From Gammaproteobacteria bacterium (GTDB lineage: Bacteria > Pseudomonadota > Gammaproteobacteria > Eutrophobiales > Eutrophobiaceae): DNA of 64,000 nt. The DNA lies in assembly GCA_965116495.1 (NCBI GenBank), contig OZ220696.1, forward strand, positions 4,011,018 through 4,075,017, in the 5' to 3' direction. This document shows positions 8,656-17,689 of this stretch, piece after piece. Both the position numbers and the translations under genes were made by a program. Within the stretch, counting starts at the first letter, position 1. Every line of letters starts with the position of its first letter. Under the pieces are notes generated by a model. It was not told the DNA's origin. It ran no database searches and worked only from the letters and a program-made list of their open reading frames with translations.

Positions 8656-9519
8656 ATGGGGGGAGAAACCGTGCCGGACATAGCTTACAGAGACCTCACC
8701 GACGAAGAAATAACAGCCTACCAGGAAGAAGGCGCAGTAGTGGTGCCGCAATGCGTCGACCCGATATGGATAGAACGCATGATCAAGGCCATAGACCGGC
8801 AGCTTGCCAGCCCCAGCGTATGGGTGCATGATACCAATCCGGGTGGGAACCAGGAACGTTTTCTCCATGACCGTTACCTGTGGCCTACCGATACGGACTT
8901 CAGGGAGTTTGCGTTCAACTCAGGGGTGGCTGAACTGGCCGCCCAGGCCATGGGGTCGGATAGCGCGCGTATCTATTTCGACCACGTGTTCGTCAAGGAA
9001 CCGAATACGCCGGAAGAGTTTTTCTGGCACCAGGACCTGCCTTACTGGCCGTTCAAGGGAGAGCAGATCTGCTCGGTCTGGCTGTCCCTGACCGACGCCG
9101 ATCTCAGGTCGAGCGGCCTCGAATTCGTGCGCGGTTCACATAACTGGGACAAATGGTTCAGGCCGGTGTTGCCCGACGGCGGGGAAGACACCAGCCAGGC
9201 CGAGTGGATCGGGTCCAGTTCCGAGGAGGAAATACCTGATTTCAACGCCCTGAGGGATGATTACGAGTTCCTGTCTTACGAGACCAGGGCAGGGGACGCC
9301 ATAATCTTCAACACGTCCATCATCCACACGTCCCACGGCAATTTCTCACCCACCCGGCGGCGCCTGGCCCTGTCCACGCGCTGGCTCGGCGACGATGCCT
9401 GCTGGGACCCGCGCCCCGGTACCGACCCGATCGTGACCCAGGAGCATGTTTCCATCAGTCCCGGCGCTCCCGCCAGGGATGAGAAGGCCTTTCCACTGGT
9501 GTGGCAGGCCGAGGCCTGA
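8656..9519 (+). CDS. Phytanoyl-CoA dioxygenase (PhyH) family Fe(II)/2-oxoglutarate oxygenase
   Basis: WHQD (HxD) facial-triad motif and a distal IIHTSHGN His. An alternative GTG start at 8671 follows a GGAG. Confidence 0.78.
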   Translation: MGGETVPDIAYRDLTDEEITAYQEEGAVVVPQCVDPIWIERMIKAIDRQLASPSVWVHDTNPGGNQERFLHDRYLWPTDTDFREFAFNSGVAELAAQAMGSDSARIYFDHVFVKEPNTPEEFFWHQDLPYWPFKGEQICSVWLSLTDADLRSSGLEFVRGSHNWDKWFRPVLPDGGEDTSQAEWIGSSSEEEIPDFNALRDDYEFLSYETRAGDAIIFNTSIIHTSHGNFSPTRRRLALSTRWLGDDACWDPRPGTDPIVTQEHVSISPGAPARDEKAFPLVWQAEA

Positions 9520-9536
9520 GGGGCCAGCAGATACCT

Positions 9537-9573
9537 GGGGTCAGAGTAAGAAATTCGCCAGAATTTTTACTCT
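9537..9573. repeat. REP family A copy with a broken right arm
   Basis: ggggtcagagtaagaaattcgccagaatttttactct is followed by aaagcg instead of gacccc. Confidence 0.7.
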
Positions 9574-9614
9574 AAAGCGCGTTACCCGGCCCGCCTGCTG
9601 GAGAACTTTCACCG

Positions 9615-9699
9615 TGAAAAATCCGCATATTATGCGGGTTTTCTCGAATGGTTTTTCCGGCAGTAAACATTCATGTTGAAAAATCCGTATTTTAAGCGG
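9615..9699. promoter_or_regulatory. Two 23-nt direct repeats (20/23 identical) upstream of abiEi; candidate AbiEi operator pair
   Basis: tgaaaaatccgcatattatgcgg at 9615-9637, containing the ccgcata-t-tatgcgg palindrome, and tgaaaaatccgtattttaagcgg at 9677-9699. The second ends 10 nt before the ATG. Confidence 0.5.
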
Positions 9700-9709
9700 A
9701 TAATAAAGC

Positions 9710-10537
9710 ATGATTCACGATAAGCGTTCAACACTGTCATCCTATGCTTCCCGCTTGCTGTCAGAGGGGCGATTAGTCTTCTCGGCAGGCGAGGCCGAGA
9801 GGGCACTGGGAATCAGTAGGGGCGCGTTTCTGGACGCCGCCGAGCGACTCCAGCGCCGCAAGCACCTCGTCAAACCAAGACGCGGGTTCTATGTCGTGGT
9901 ACCGCCCCAGTACGCGTCCTGGGGCGCCCCGCCCCCGAGTTGGTATATTGATGACCTCATGCGGCATGAAGGGCGACCGTATTATGTCGGCCTCCTCAAG
10001 GCGGCCGAGTTGAGTGGCGCTACGCATCAGGCCGTCATGGAGTTCCAGGTTGTCACGGACAAACGGCTGCCGAAACTCCACGTTGGCAGGACTCTGATCG
10101 CTTTCTATTATCGCAAAGATCTGAAAACTGTCCTGAATGGCATAGAGGACCGCAAGACCAACACTGGCAAGATGAATGCGTCCTCCGTCGAACTCACAGC
10201 GCTCGACCTTCTGCGCTACCCCCATGCCGCCGGCGGTATGGACAACATCGTTACCGCCTTGACAGATCTCGGGCCGAAACTCAGATCACAAGAACTGGCA
10301 GAGCTTTCATCGGCGGTGGAGCGCCCGGTCATTCAGCGTCTCGGCTACCTGCTGGACCGGCTCGGACACGAGGGTCGTACCGGCTCGTTGTTCAATACGC
10401 TGTCTGGCAGCGGCGCTTTTCCGTGGGTCGAACTTGACAGCAAGGAAACCCGCCATCCTGAATTCACCTTGCCGCCACTGGAGCGTGACGAACGATGGCG
10501 CGTCATCGTTCGCCGCCCGCCGGAGATTGATGAATGA
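9710..10537 (+). CDS. abiEi: Type IV toxin-antitoxin system AbiEi family antitoxin/transcriptional regulator
   Basis: 275 aa, with an ATGA overlap onto a DUF1814/AbiEii nucleotidyltransferase gene. N-terminal wHTH-like region followed by a PRRGFYVVVP motif. Confidence 0.78.
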   Translation: MIHDKRSTLSSYASRLLSEGRLVFSAGEAERALGISRGAFLDAAERLQRRKHLVKPRRGFYVVVPPQYASWGAPPPSWYIDDLMRHEGRPYYVGLLKAAELSGATHQAVMEFQVVTDKRLPKLHVGRTLIAFYYRKDLKTVLNGIEDRKTNTGKMNASSVELTALDLLRYPHAAGGMDNIVTALTDLGPKLRSQELAELSSAVERPVIQRLGYLLDRLGHEGRTGSLFNTLSGSGAFPWVELDSKETRHPEFTLPPLERDERWRVIVRRPPEIDE

Positions 10538-11394
10538 TCCCTGTGATGAACATCATTGCCTGGGGAAATGTCGTCCCTTGGGTAGAGCAACGCCAGGTTG
10601 AGCAAGATCTCATCATAAGCCGCGCACTTGTCGAGATGTTTTCCGATCCCGGGTTGTCCCGGCAACTACGATTCCGGGGTGGTACAGCGCTTAACAAACT
10701 CCATTTTTCCCAGCCCTTTCGCTATTCGGAAGACATTGACCTCGTCAGGACCGAGGCGGGACCAGTTGGCCCCGTTCTCGATGCTATTCGAACTGCTCTT
10801 GAGCCTTGGCTGGGGCAAGCAAATTTCCGTCAAAGCGCCGTATCGCCCAGACTTTTGTTCCGGGCTGAAGCTGAAGACCGGGAGGCAGCTGCTCCGATCC
10901 GCCTGAAAGTCGAAATCAATACGCGTGAGATTGAGACGTTCGATCCGCCAGTCGCCGTTCCTTTCGAAGTAGAAAACCCCTGGTTCAGTGGAGCGGCCGA
11001 AATACCGACTTTCTCGCCCGAGGAAATGCTTGCCACGAAACTCAGGGCTCTCCTACAGAGAAACAAGGGGCGTGACCTGTTCGATCTCGCTCATGGACTG
11101 CGCACGTTTGACGGATTGAACAAAGTACGGATCGTGGAAAGCCTGGCGTTCTATCTTAAAACATCAGGCTTGAGCATTTCACGCGCCATGGCGCAGCAGC
11201 GAATGTTTGCCAAGCTCGCAATTCCCGCTTTTCTTACGGATATGCGACCGCTAGTTCCGGCCGACCGTGCCGAAACCCTGAACGAGGAGGCTACGAAGGA
11301 CGCATTCAGGCGGGTCCTGTCGGAACTAATCGACCTCATCCCGGGCGAGGATTGGAAGGTGACTCCAGACATGATTGAGCGCTTTGCGCTTTAA
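10534..11394 (+). CDS. abiEii: Nucleotidyltransferase AbiEii/AbiGii family toxin
   Basis: FRGGTALNKL ... SEDIDL NTase motifs; 286 aa; translationally coupled to abiEi. Confidence 0.85.
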   Translation: MIPVMNIIAWGNVVPWVEQRQVEQDLIISRALVEMFSDPGLSRQLRFRGGTALNKLHFSQPFRYSEDIDLVRTEAGPVGPVLDAIRTALEPWLGQANFRQSAVSPRLLFRAEAEDREAAAPIRLKVEINTREIETFDPPVAVPFEVENPWFSGAAEIPTFSPEEMLATKLRALLQRNKGRDLFDLAHGLRTFDGLNKVRIVESLAFYLKTSGLSISRAMAQQRMFAKLAIPAFLTDMRPLVPADRAETLNEEATKDAFRRVLSELIDLIPGEDWKVTPDMIERFAL

Positions 11395-11596
11395 ATCCGG
11401 GGATGCTGTATTTGCCGTCCTGTGTCTGGAGGGACAGAGTGCATTGATGGAAGGGGCCAGACGATGAGATTAAATGGATTACCCATCTACGGCGAGAACA
11501 TCAGTGCATAACAGATAGCGGAAAATTGTAATATTCCGTCTAATATATGCCAGCAATCGAACTATACTGGTACATCCCTGAACCACTTATTTTCAT

Positions 11597-11857
11597 TTGG
11601 GGTGCAACATGGCGGGAAAAGCATTTGTCGGCGTTGCCAAACTGTTCATGAATGGTCGCAGTCAGGCTGTGAGGTTGCCGGCTGAATGCAGGTTCGATAC
11701 AGACGAAGTCACTATCCAGAAACTGGGCAATACTGTGATCATCAGCCCGAAGACAAATCGCTGGGATGAATTTTTTGCAAGAGAGGCCCTGCCAGAAGAC
11801 GAACGAATTCCGGATATCGAGGAGATGGAGTATGAGCAACGGGAAGTCTTTAACTGA
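11597..11857 (+). CDS. vapB: VapB family antitoxin (AbrB/SpoVT fold)
   Basis: AKLFMNGRSQAVRLPAECRF, a swapped-hairpin motif typical of VapB. Confidence 0.8.
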   Translation: MGCNMAGKAFVGVAKLFMNGRSQAVRLPAECRFDTDEVTIQKLGNTVIISPKTNRWDEFFAREALPEDERIPDIEEMEYEQREVFN

Positions 11858-11967
11858 ATGATATGCTGATCGCGTCCCATGCCCGCAGTATTGGAGCAAC
11901 ATTAGTAACAAATAATATCCAGGAGTTTAACCGGGTAGAGAGTTTGCAAGTAGAGAGCTGGATCTGA
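11857..11967 (+). pseudogene. vapC: VapC PIN-domain toxin remnant (C-terminal ~36 codons only)
   Basis: Directly after the vapB stop the frame reads NDMLIASHARSIGATLVTNNIQEFNRVESLQVESWI*, the conserved C-terminal PIN segment. The N-terminal ~95 codons are absent. Confidence 0.65.
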
Positions 11968-12000
11968 AAATTTGCGGCCCGATTATCTTTATCTCCGGTG

Positions 12001-14095
12001 TTAACCCAAGTTTACCAAGATTCACTGGCATTTAGTTGGATGTTGCTATTTTCTGCCGGGTTCGTCATCGTAACGCATTGATTTTTGGTGAGTGACGGGT
12101 TGTCTGGCCATTGTAGTGCCATAATATGAATATTTATATTGACATCGGTGTGGTAGAGCGGTATCCTCTCCCCCTATGTTCATCCGCCGTACCCTCACCC
12201 GCCGTACCGACGGCCAGGCCTATTACTCCCACCGCCTGGTGCACAGTGAGCGCGCGGGCACCAAGGTGCGCCAACGCACCCTGCTGAACCTCGGCAGCGA
12301 GTTTGCTATCGACAAACAACACTGGCCGACCCTGTGCCAACGTATTGAGGCGTTGCGCCAGGGCCAGACGTCGCTGCTGGCGAGCCTGCCCGCCGGCGTG
12401 GAGAGTGCGGCACAACAGATTAGCGCCCAACTGCTGGCCCGGTCTCGACCGGACGAGACGGGAACGGCGCCGGCGTGGATGGCAGTCGATCTGGACTCGC
12501 TGGCCTTGACCCGCCCGCGCAGCGTGGGCGTGGAGCAGGTGGGGTTGTGGGCCCTGGCACAGGTGGGGCTGGACGAGTTACTCGCGGCACAGGGCGTCAA
12601 TGCATCCCTGCGCGCCGCCACCATCGGCTCCATCGTGGGCCGGCTGGCGTGCCCGGCCTCGGAGCGGGCCACCCATGCCTGGTTATGCGAGCGCAGTGCC
12701 CTGGGCGAGTTGCTGGACGTGAACTTCGAACGCATGGGCGCCATGCAGTTGTACCGGGCTTCCGATGCGCTGCTCAAACACCGTGCGGTCATTGAGACAC
12801 ACCTGTTCGCGCAGGCCATGGACTTGTTTGACCTGGCGCCGACGGTCACCCTGTATGACCTGACCAACACCTACTACGAGGGCGAGGCCCACGGGCAGCC
12901 GCTGGCGCAGCGCGGCCATTCGAAAGAGAAACGCAGCGACTGCAAGCTGCTCACCCTGGGGCTGGTGCTCGATGCGAGCGGCTTCGTGCGCCGTTCACGG
13001 GTGTTTGCCGGCAACGTGCGCGAGGAGACCACCCTGGCCGGGATGCTGGAGGCGCTCAAGACCCCGCCGGGGGCCTTGGTCATTCTCGACCGGGGCATCG
13101 CCACCGAGGCGCAGGTCACCTGGCTCAAGGATAACGACTACCGTTACATCGTGGTGAGCCGGGAACAACAGCGCCGGTTCGACGTGGACGCCGCCCTGGC
13201 CCATCGTACCCGTGGGGGCGAGACGGTCCAACTGGAGCAGGTGGCCGATGCCAAGGCCGGTGAGGTGCGCCTGTACTGTTACTCGGCGGCGCGGGCCGAG
13301 AAAGAGCGCGCCATCGCCGAACGCTTCATGGCGCGCTTTGAGCAGGGCCTCAGCGCGCTGCACGAGGGCCTGTCCCGGCCGCGTACGCGCAAGCAGCCAG
13401 GCTACGTCCGGGAACGTATCGGACGCTTGAAAGCCCGCAGCCACGGCATCGGCCAGCACTATACCATCGAGGTCGACACCGATGCCAAGGGCCAACGGGC
13501 CGTGGCCGTACGCTGGCAGCGCCAGCCGGTCACCGGCTCGATGCTCACCCACCCCGGCATCTATTGCCTGCGCAGCAACCTCACCGACTGGGATGAGGCG
13601 CGGCTGTGGCAGACCTACACCCTGCTCACCGACATCGAAGCAGTGTTCCGCGCCTTGAAATCCGAGCTGGGATTGCGCCCCATCTATCACCGCACGCCCC
13701 GACGCGCCGAGGGCCACCTGTTCATCACCGTCATCGCCTACCAACTGGTCCAGGTGGTCCGCCGTCGTCTGGCCGCGCACGGCGATGAATCCTGCCGCAA
13801 CGCAAGTTGGACCACGCTGCGGCGCATCCTCGGCGCCCGTCAGCGGGTGACCGCCACGGTCCGGCGCAAAGACGGACGTACCGTGCACGTGCGCAAGGCC
13901 ACCCGTCCGGAACCGCCGCAACAGGCCATCCTGGACGCCTTGGGAATTCGTGGACCACCCGGCGGTACGCAGAAAGAGATCGTCTGAGTACAGCGTCCGC
14001 AACATGGCGCGAATGTAGTGCCATAAGCGGAATTATGTCAATCTAACCCATTGACATATAACGATTTATTTTTTAGATTGGTAAACTTGGGTTAA
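12001..14095 (+). mobile_element. IS1634-family (IS4-related) insertion sequence, apparently intact
   Basis: Perfect 18-bp terminal inverted repeats ttaacccaagtttaccaa (12001-12018) / ttggtaaacttgggttaa (14078-14095) flank a single 603-aa transposase ORF. Confidence 0.85.
12176..13987 (+). CDS. IS1634 family transposase (DDE)
   Basis: N-terminus MFIRRTLTRRTDGQAYYSHRLVHSER is typical of IS1634 transposases; 603 aa. Confidence 0.88.
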   Translation: MFIRRTLTRRTDGQAYYSHRLVHSERAGTKVRQRTLLNLGSEFAIDKQHWPTLCQRIEALRQGQTSLLASLPAGVESAAQQISAQLLARSRPDETGTAPAWMAVDLDSLALTRPRSVGVEQVGLWALAQVGLDELLAAQGVNASLRAATIGSIVGRLACPASERATHAWLCERSALGELLDVNFERMGAMQLYRASDALLKHRAVIETHLFAQAMDLFDLAPTVTLYDLTNTYYEGEAHGQPLAQRGHSKEKRSDCKLLTLGLVLDASGFVRRSRVFAGNVREETTLAGMLEALKTPPGALVILDRGIATEAQVTWLKDNDYRYIVVSREQQRRFDVDAALAHRTRGGETVQLEQVADAKAGEVRLYCYSAARAEKERAIAERFMARFEQGLSALHEGLSRPRTRKQPGYVRERIGRLKARSHGIGQHYTIEVDTDAKGQRAVAVRWQRQPVTGSMLTHPGIYCLRSNLTDWDEARLWQTYTLLTDIEAVFRALKSELGLRPIYHRTPRRAEGHLFITVIAYQLVQVVRRRLAAHGDESCRNASWTTLRRILGARQRVTATVRRKDGRTVHVRKATRPEPPQQAILDALGIRGPPGGTQKEIV

Positions 14096-14152
14096 GATAT
14101 AACCCGAAGCGGCCCCTGAGGGGTCAGGCCAGTCCAGATTTATCTTCTGATT

Positions 14153-14449
14153 TTACGCAACGGCTGAAATCTGGTTAAGTGTCTTACCCAATATTTTACT
14201 GGCTTCTTCCAGATCATCATCACCCTGTAATCCCAACCAGAATTTTTCACTATTACCAAAATAACGGGCAAGACGTAACGCCGTGTCCGCGGTAATTGCC
14301 CGCTTGCCAAGAACGATTTCATTTATTCGTCTCGGCGGAACAGAAATATCTCTGGCCAGTTTATTCTGGCTGATACCCATCGGCTGCAAAAATTTATGGA
14401 GGAGAATATCGCCGGGATGGATATTTTTTAGTCTCGTCATCTGTTTCAC
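14153..14449 (-). CDS. higA: HigA family antitoxin (XRE HTH)
   Basis: NIHPGDILL...GISQNKLARDISVPPRRINEIVLGKRAITADTALRLARYFGNS. The likely true start is the ATG at 14440. Confidence 0.85.
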   Translation of the reverse strand: MKQMTRLKNIHPGDILLHKFLQPMGISQNKLARDISVPPRRINEIVLGKRAITADTALRLARYFGNSEKFWLGLQGDDDLEEASKILGKTLNQISAVA

Positions 14450-14506
14450 CTAATGATAATCAACGATTTCAACTTGATATGCATTGCAGCCAAAACAGGG
14501 AAATTC
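14450..14506 (-). pseudogene. higB: HigB toxin remnant (last 18 codons)
   Basis: The minus strand reads EFPCFGCNAYQVEIVDYH* and ends immediately upstream of higA. There is an in-frame stop upstream, and only ~40 bp separate it from the czcA stop. Confidence 0.55.
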
Positions 14507-14548
14507 TTAAACCGCAGGTGGATCAGGTTACGGGGAGAGGGTCAATGC

Positions 14549-17500
14549 TTACCCAACATGGGCTGTCTCCTTAGGCATGTGAGGCTCATTGCGATGCAGC
14601 ATCCGATAAAGCGCCGGGATCACAAACAACGTCAGTAAGGTGGATGAAATCACACCGCCAATCACCACGGTGGCCAACGGTCGTTGCACTTCCGAACCGA
14701 TACCGGTATTCAGTGCCATGGGAACAAAGCCCAGGGAGGCGACAAGTGCTGTGGTAAGCACCGGACGCAAACGTGTTAAGGCACCTTCGGTAATGGCCTG
14801 ATCCAAAGGTAATTTATCTTTGATCAATTCCCGGATAAACGACACCATCACCAGGCCGTTGAGAACAGCGATACCCGACAGTGCGATAAATCCCACAGCA
14901 GCGGAAATGGAAAAGGGAATATCCCGCAACATCAGCGCAGCAACGCCGCCGGTCAACGCCAGCGGCACACCAGAAAAAATAATCATGGCGTCTTTAAAAG
15001 ATCCCAGTGCCAGCACCAACAAGCCAACGATCATGAGCAGTGTGACTGGCACCACAATCGACAGACGCTGTGAGGCCGACTGCAATTTCTGATAGGTGCC
15101 GCCGTACTCCACCCAGTAACCCGCAGGCAGTTCTACCGAGTTGTTAATGGCGCTCTGAATATCCGCTACAAAACTCCCCAGATCACGGTCCCGCACGTTG
15201 GCGGTAACCACAACTCGGCGCTTGCCGTTTTCACGGTTAATCTGATTGACCCCTTCCATGCTCTCCAGTGTCGCCAGCTCCTGCAAGGGAACACTCATAC
15301 CATCGGATAGATGGATGGGTAGACGGAGCATGGCATCCACATCATTACGCAGAGACTCATCGAGTCGCACAACGATATCCGCACGCCGGTCTCCCTCGTA
15401 AAACTTGCCAGCTACACGCCCACCAAAGGCCGTCGCCAGTTGTTCCTGTACCTCCATTTTACTGACACCATACTGGGCCAGCTTGTCCAGCTTCGGTACG
15501 ATCACCAGCATCGGTAGGCCGGTGGTCTGTTCCGCCTGCACATCGGCAATACCCTCAACAGCCCCTATAGCAGCTTCAATAGCATCACCCAGTGTCGCTA
15601 GCATCTCCAGGTCATCTCCAAACACTTTAATGGCCAGCTCCGCCCGCACACCGGACAACAGCTCGTTAAAACGCATTTGAATCGGCTGCAAAAATTCGTA
15701 GCGGTTGCCGGGAATATCGCTGACCAATGCATCCAGCTCAGCCACTACTTGATTTTTGGGTTTACTCGGGTCGGGCCACTGATCGCGGGGTTTCAGAATA
15801 ATAAAATTGTCCGCCACGCTAGGGGGTACCGCATCGGTAGCGACATCCGCCGTACCGATTTTGGCGAAGACCCGCTCAACTTCCGGCAGGGCTTTAATGC
15901 GCTCTTCCAACGTCTCCTGCATGGCAATCGCCTGGCTCAGGGACGTTCCAGGAATGCGCAGTGCGTGCATGGCAATATCACCTTCGTCCAGATTGGGCGC
16001 AAATTCGCTGCCCAGACGCGTCGCGCCAAAACCACTGATGATAACCAAAAGCGTGGCAAGTCCAACAAACAGCCCACGATGATTGAGCACCCAAGCCAAT
16101 GCAGGCTGATACAGCGATAATGCACCACTGGTAATAACATTGCGCTTTTCCTGCACCGGTTTTTTAAACAGCAGCGCAATCATCGCTGGAACAAAGGTGA
16201 CAGACAGCACCATAGCACTGAGCAGGGCTATCACCACGGTAATGGCCATCGGATGGAACATTTTGCCCTCGGTACCTTCCAAGGCAAAAATCGGCAGGTA
16301 GACCGCGGTGATAATGAATACACCAAATAGCGCTGGTCGTATGACTTCGCGGGTTGCTTCAAACACCAATTCGAGACGTTCACGAACCGCCAGCACTTGT
16401 CCGCTGGCACTGGACTGACTTAGTCGCCGCAGGCAGTTTTCAACAATAATAATGGCACCATCAACCAGCAAGCCAAAATCCAGAGCGCCGAGGCTCATCA
16501 GGTTGGCGCTGACCCGCGTTTGCACCATGCCGGTGATGGTCATCAGCATGGCGAAGGGAATCACCAACGCGGTCAGAAACGCCGCACGGATATTGCCCAG
16601 CAACAGGAACAAAATAACGATAACCAGCAGCGCCCCTTCGGCCAGGTTGGTCTGCACGGTGGTCAGGGTTTTATCCACCAGTTTGGTTCGATCATAAACC
16701 GCCGTCGCCGCCACTCCTTCCGGCAGGTTCTCATTGATCTCCTTCAGCTTTTCAGCGACGCCATTGGCAACGGTGCGACTGTTTTCGCCAATCAGAATAA
16801 ACACCGTACTCATGACCACTTCACGCCCGTTCTGTGTTGCCGCGCCGATACGTAGTCCTTTCCCTTCACTGACCTGCGCCACATCAGCGATTCTGACTGT
16901 GGCACCATCCTGAGTGGCGAGGGGAATCTGGCTGATATCGTCGATGACTTCCGCCTGTCCGGGGATTCGCATCAACCACTGGGCACCGTTGCGCTCTATA
17001 AACCCGGTACCCTGATTGCTGTTATTAGCGTTGATCGCCGCCACCACATCGGCTTGGGTCAAGCCAAATGCCAGCAGACGTGCCGGATCAAAGGCGACCA
17101 GAATCTCGCGCTCGTAGCCACCGATGGGATTGACTTCCACCACGCCGGGCACCCGCATCAGTTGCGGGCGAATAATCCAGTCATGCACCGCGCGCAGGTC
17201 CATGGGCGTAATGGGGTGGCCGTCTTCGTTGGTGGCGCCGGGTTCGGCATCTACCGTGAACATAAAGATCTCACCGAGACCGGTGGCAATCGGCCCCATT
17301 TCAGGCTCCAGTCCACTCGGCAGTCTGGAGCGGGCGGCCGAAAGCCGCTCATTGACCAGCTGGCGGGCAAAATAGATATCGGTGTCATCGCTAAAAACAG
17401 CGACCACCTGTGACAGCCCATAGCGGGAGACCGAGCGGGTATGTGCTAATCCGGGCAATCCCGCTAACGAGGTTTCCAGCGGCAGGAAGCGCTGTTCCAC

Positions 17501-17680
17501 TTCCAGGGGGGTAAAGCCCGGCGCTTCGGTGTTGATCATCACCTGTACATTGGTGATGTCGGGTACGGCATCAATGGGTAGCCTGGTGAAATTCCAGGCA
17601 CCCAGCGCCGCCAGCGCCAAAACCAGCAGGATCACGACACCATTGCGGTGTATGGAAAACCGTAAAATCCTGTCCAGCAT
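14549..17680 (-). CDS. czcA: CusA/CzcA family heavy-metal efflux RND transporter
   Basis: 1043 aa, 12-TM RND architecture with a CzcA-type N-terminus (MLDRILRFSIHRNGVVILL) and conserved LGALDFG. Confidence 0.93.
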   Translation of the reverse strand: MLDRILRFSIHRNGVVILLVLALAALGAWNFTRLPIDAVPDITNVQVMINTEAPGFTPLEVEQRFLPLETSLAGLPGLAHTRSVSRYGLSQVVAVFSDDTDIYFARQLVNERLSAARSRLPSGLEPEMGPIATGLGEIFMFTVDAEPGATNEDGHPITPMDLRAVHDWIIRPQLMRVPGVVEVNPIGGYEREILVAFDPARLLAFGLTQADVVAAINANNSNQGTGFIERNGAQWLMRIPGQAEVIDDISQIPLATQDGATVRIADVAQVSEGKGLRIGAATQNGREVVMSTVFILIGENSRTVANGVAEKLKEINENLPEGVAATAVYDRTKLVDKTLTTVQTNLAEGALLVIVILFLLLGNIRAAFLTALVIPFAMLMTITGMVQTRVSANLMSLGALDFGLLVDGAIIIVENCLRRLSQSSASGQVLAVRERLELVFEATREVIRPALFGVFIITAVYLPIFALEGTEGKMFHPMAITVVIALLSAMVLSVTFVPAMIALLFKKPVQEKRNVITSGALSLYQPALAWVLNHRGLFVGLATLLVIISGFGATRLGSEFAPNLDEGDIAMHALRIPGTSLSQAIAMQETLEERIKALPEVERVFAKIGTADVATDAVPPSVADNFIILKPRDQWPDPSKPKNQVVAELDALVSDIPGNRYEFLQPIQMRFNELLSGVRAELAIKVFGDDLEMLATLGDAIEAAIGAVEGIADVQAEQTTGLPMLVIVPKLDKLAQYGVSKMEVQEQLATAFGGRVAGKFYEGDRRADIVVRLDESLRNDVDAMLRLPIHLSDGMSVPLQELATLESMEGVNQINRENGKRRVVVTANVRDRDLGSFVADIQSAINNSVELPAGYWVEYGGTYQKLQSASQRLSIVVPVTLLMIVGLLVLALGSFKDAMIIFSGVPLALTGGVAALMLRDIPFSISAAVGFIALSGIAVLNGLVMVSFIRELIKDKLPLDQAITEGALTRLRPVLTTALVASLGFVPMALNTGIGSEVQRPLATVVIGGVISSTLLTLFVIPALYRMLHRNEPHMPKETAHVG

Positions 17681-17689
17681 GGGCTGCTC

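Noticed and set aside
12995-14005. 336-aa minus-strand ORF inside the IS1634 transposase gene
   Set aside because: It is antisense to the transposase, low-complexity and Gly/Ala/Arg-rich. As far as I recall, IS1634-family elements encode a single transposase ORF.
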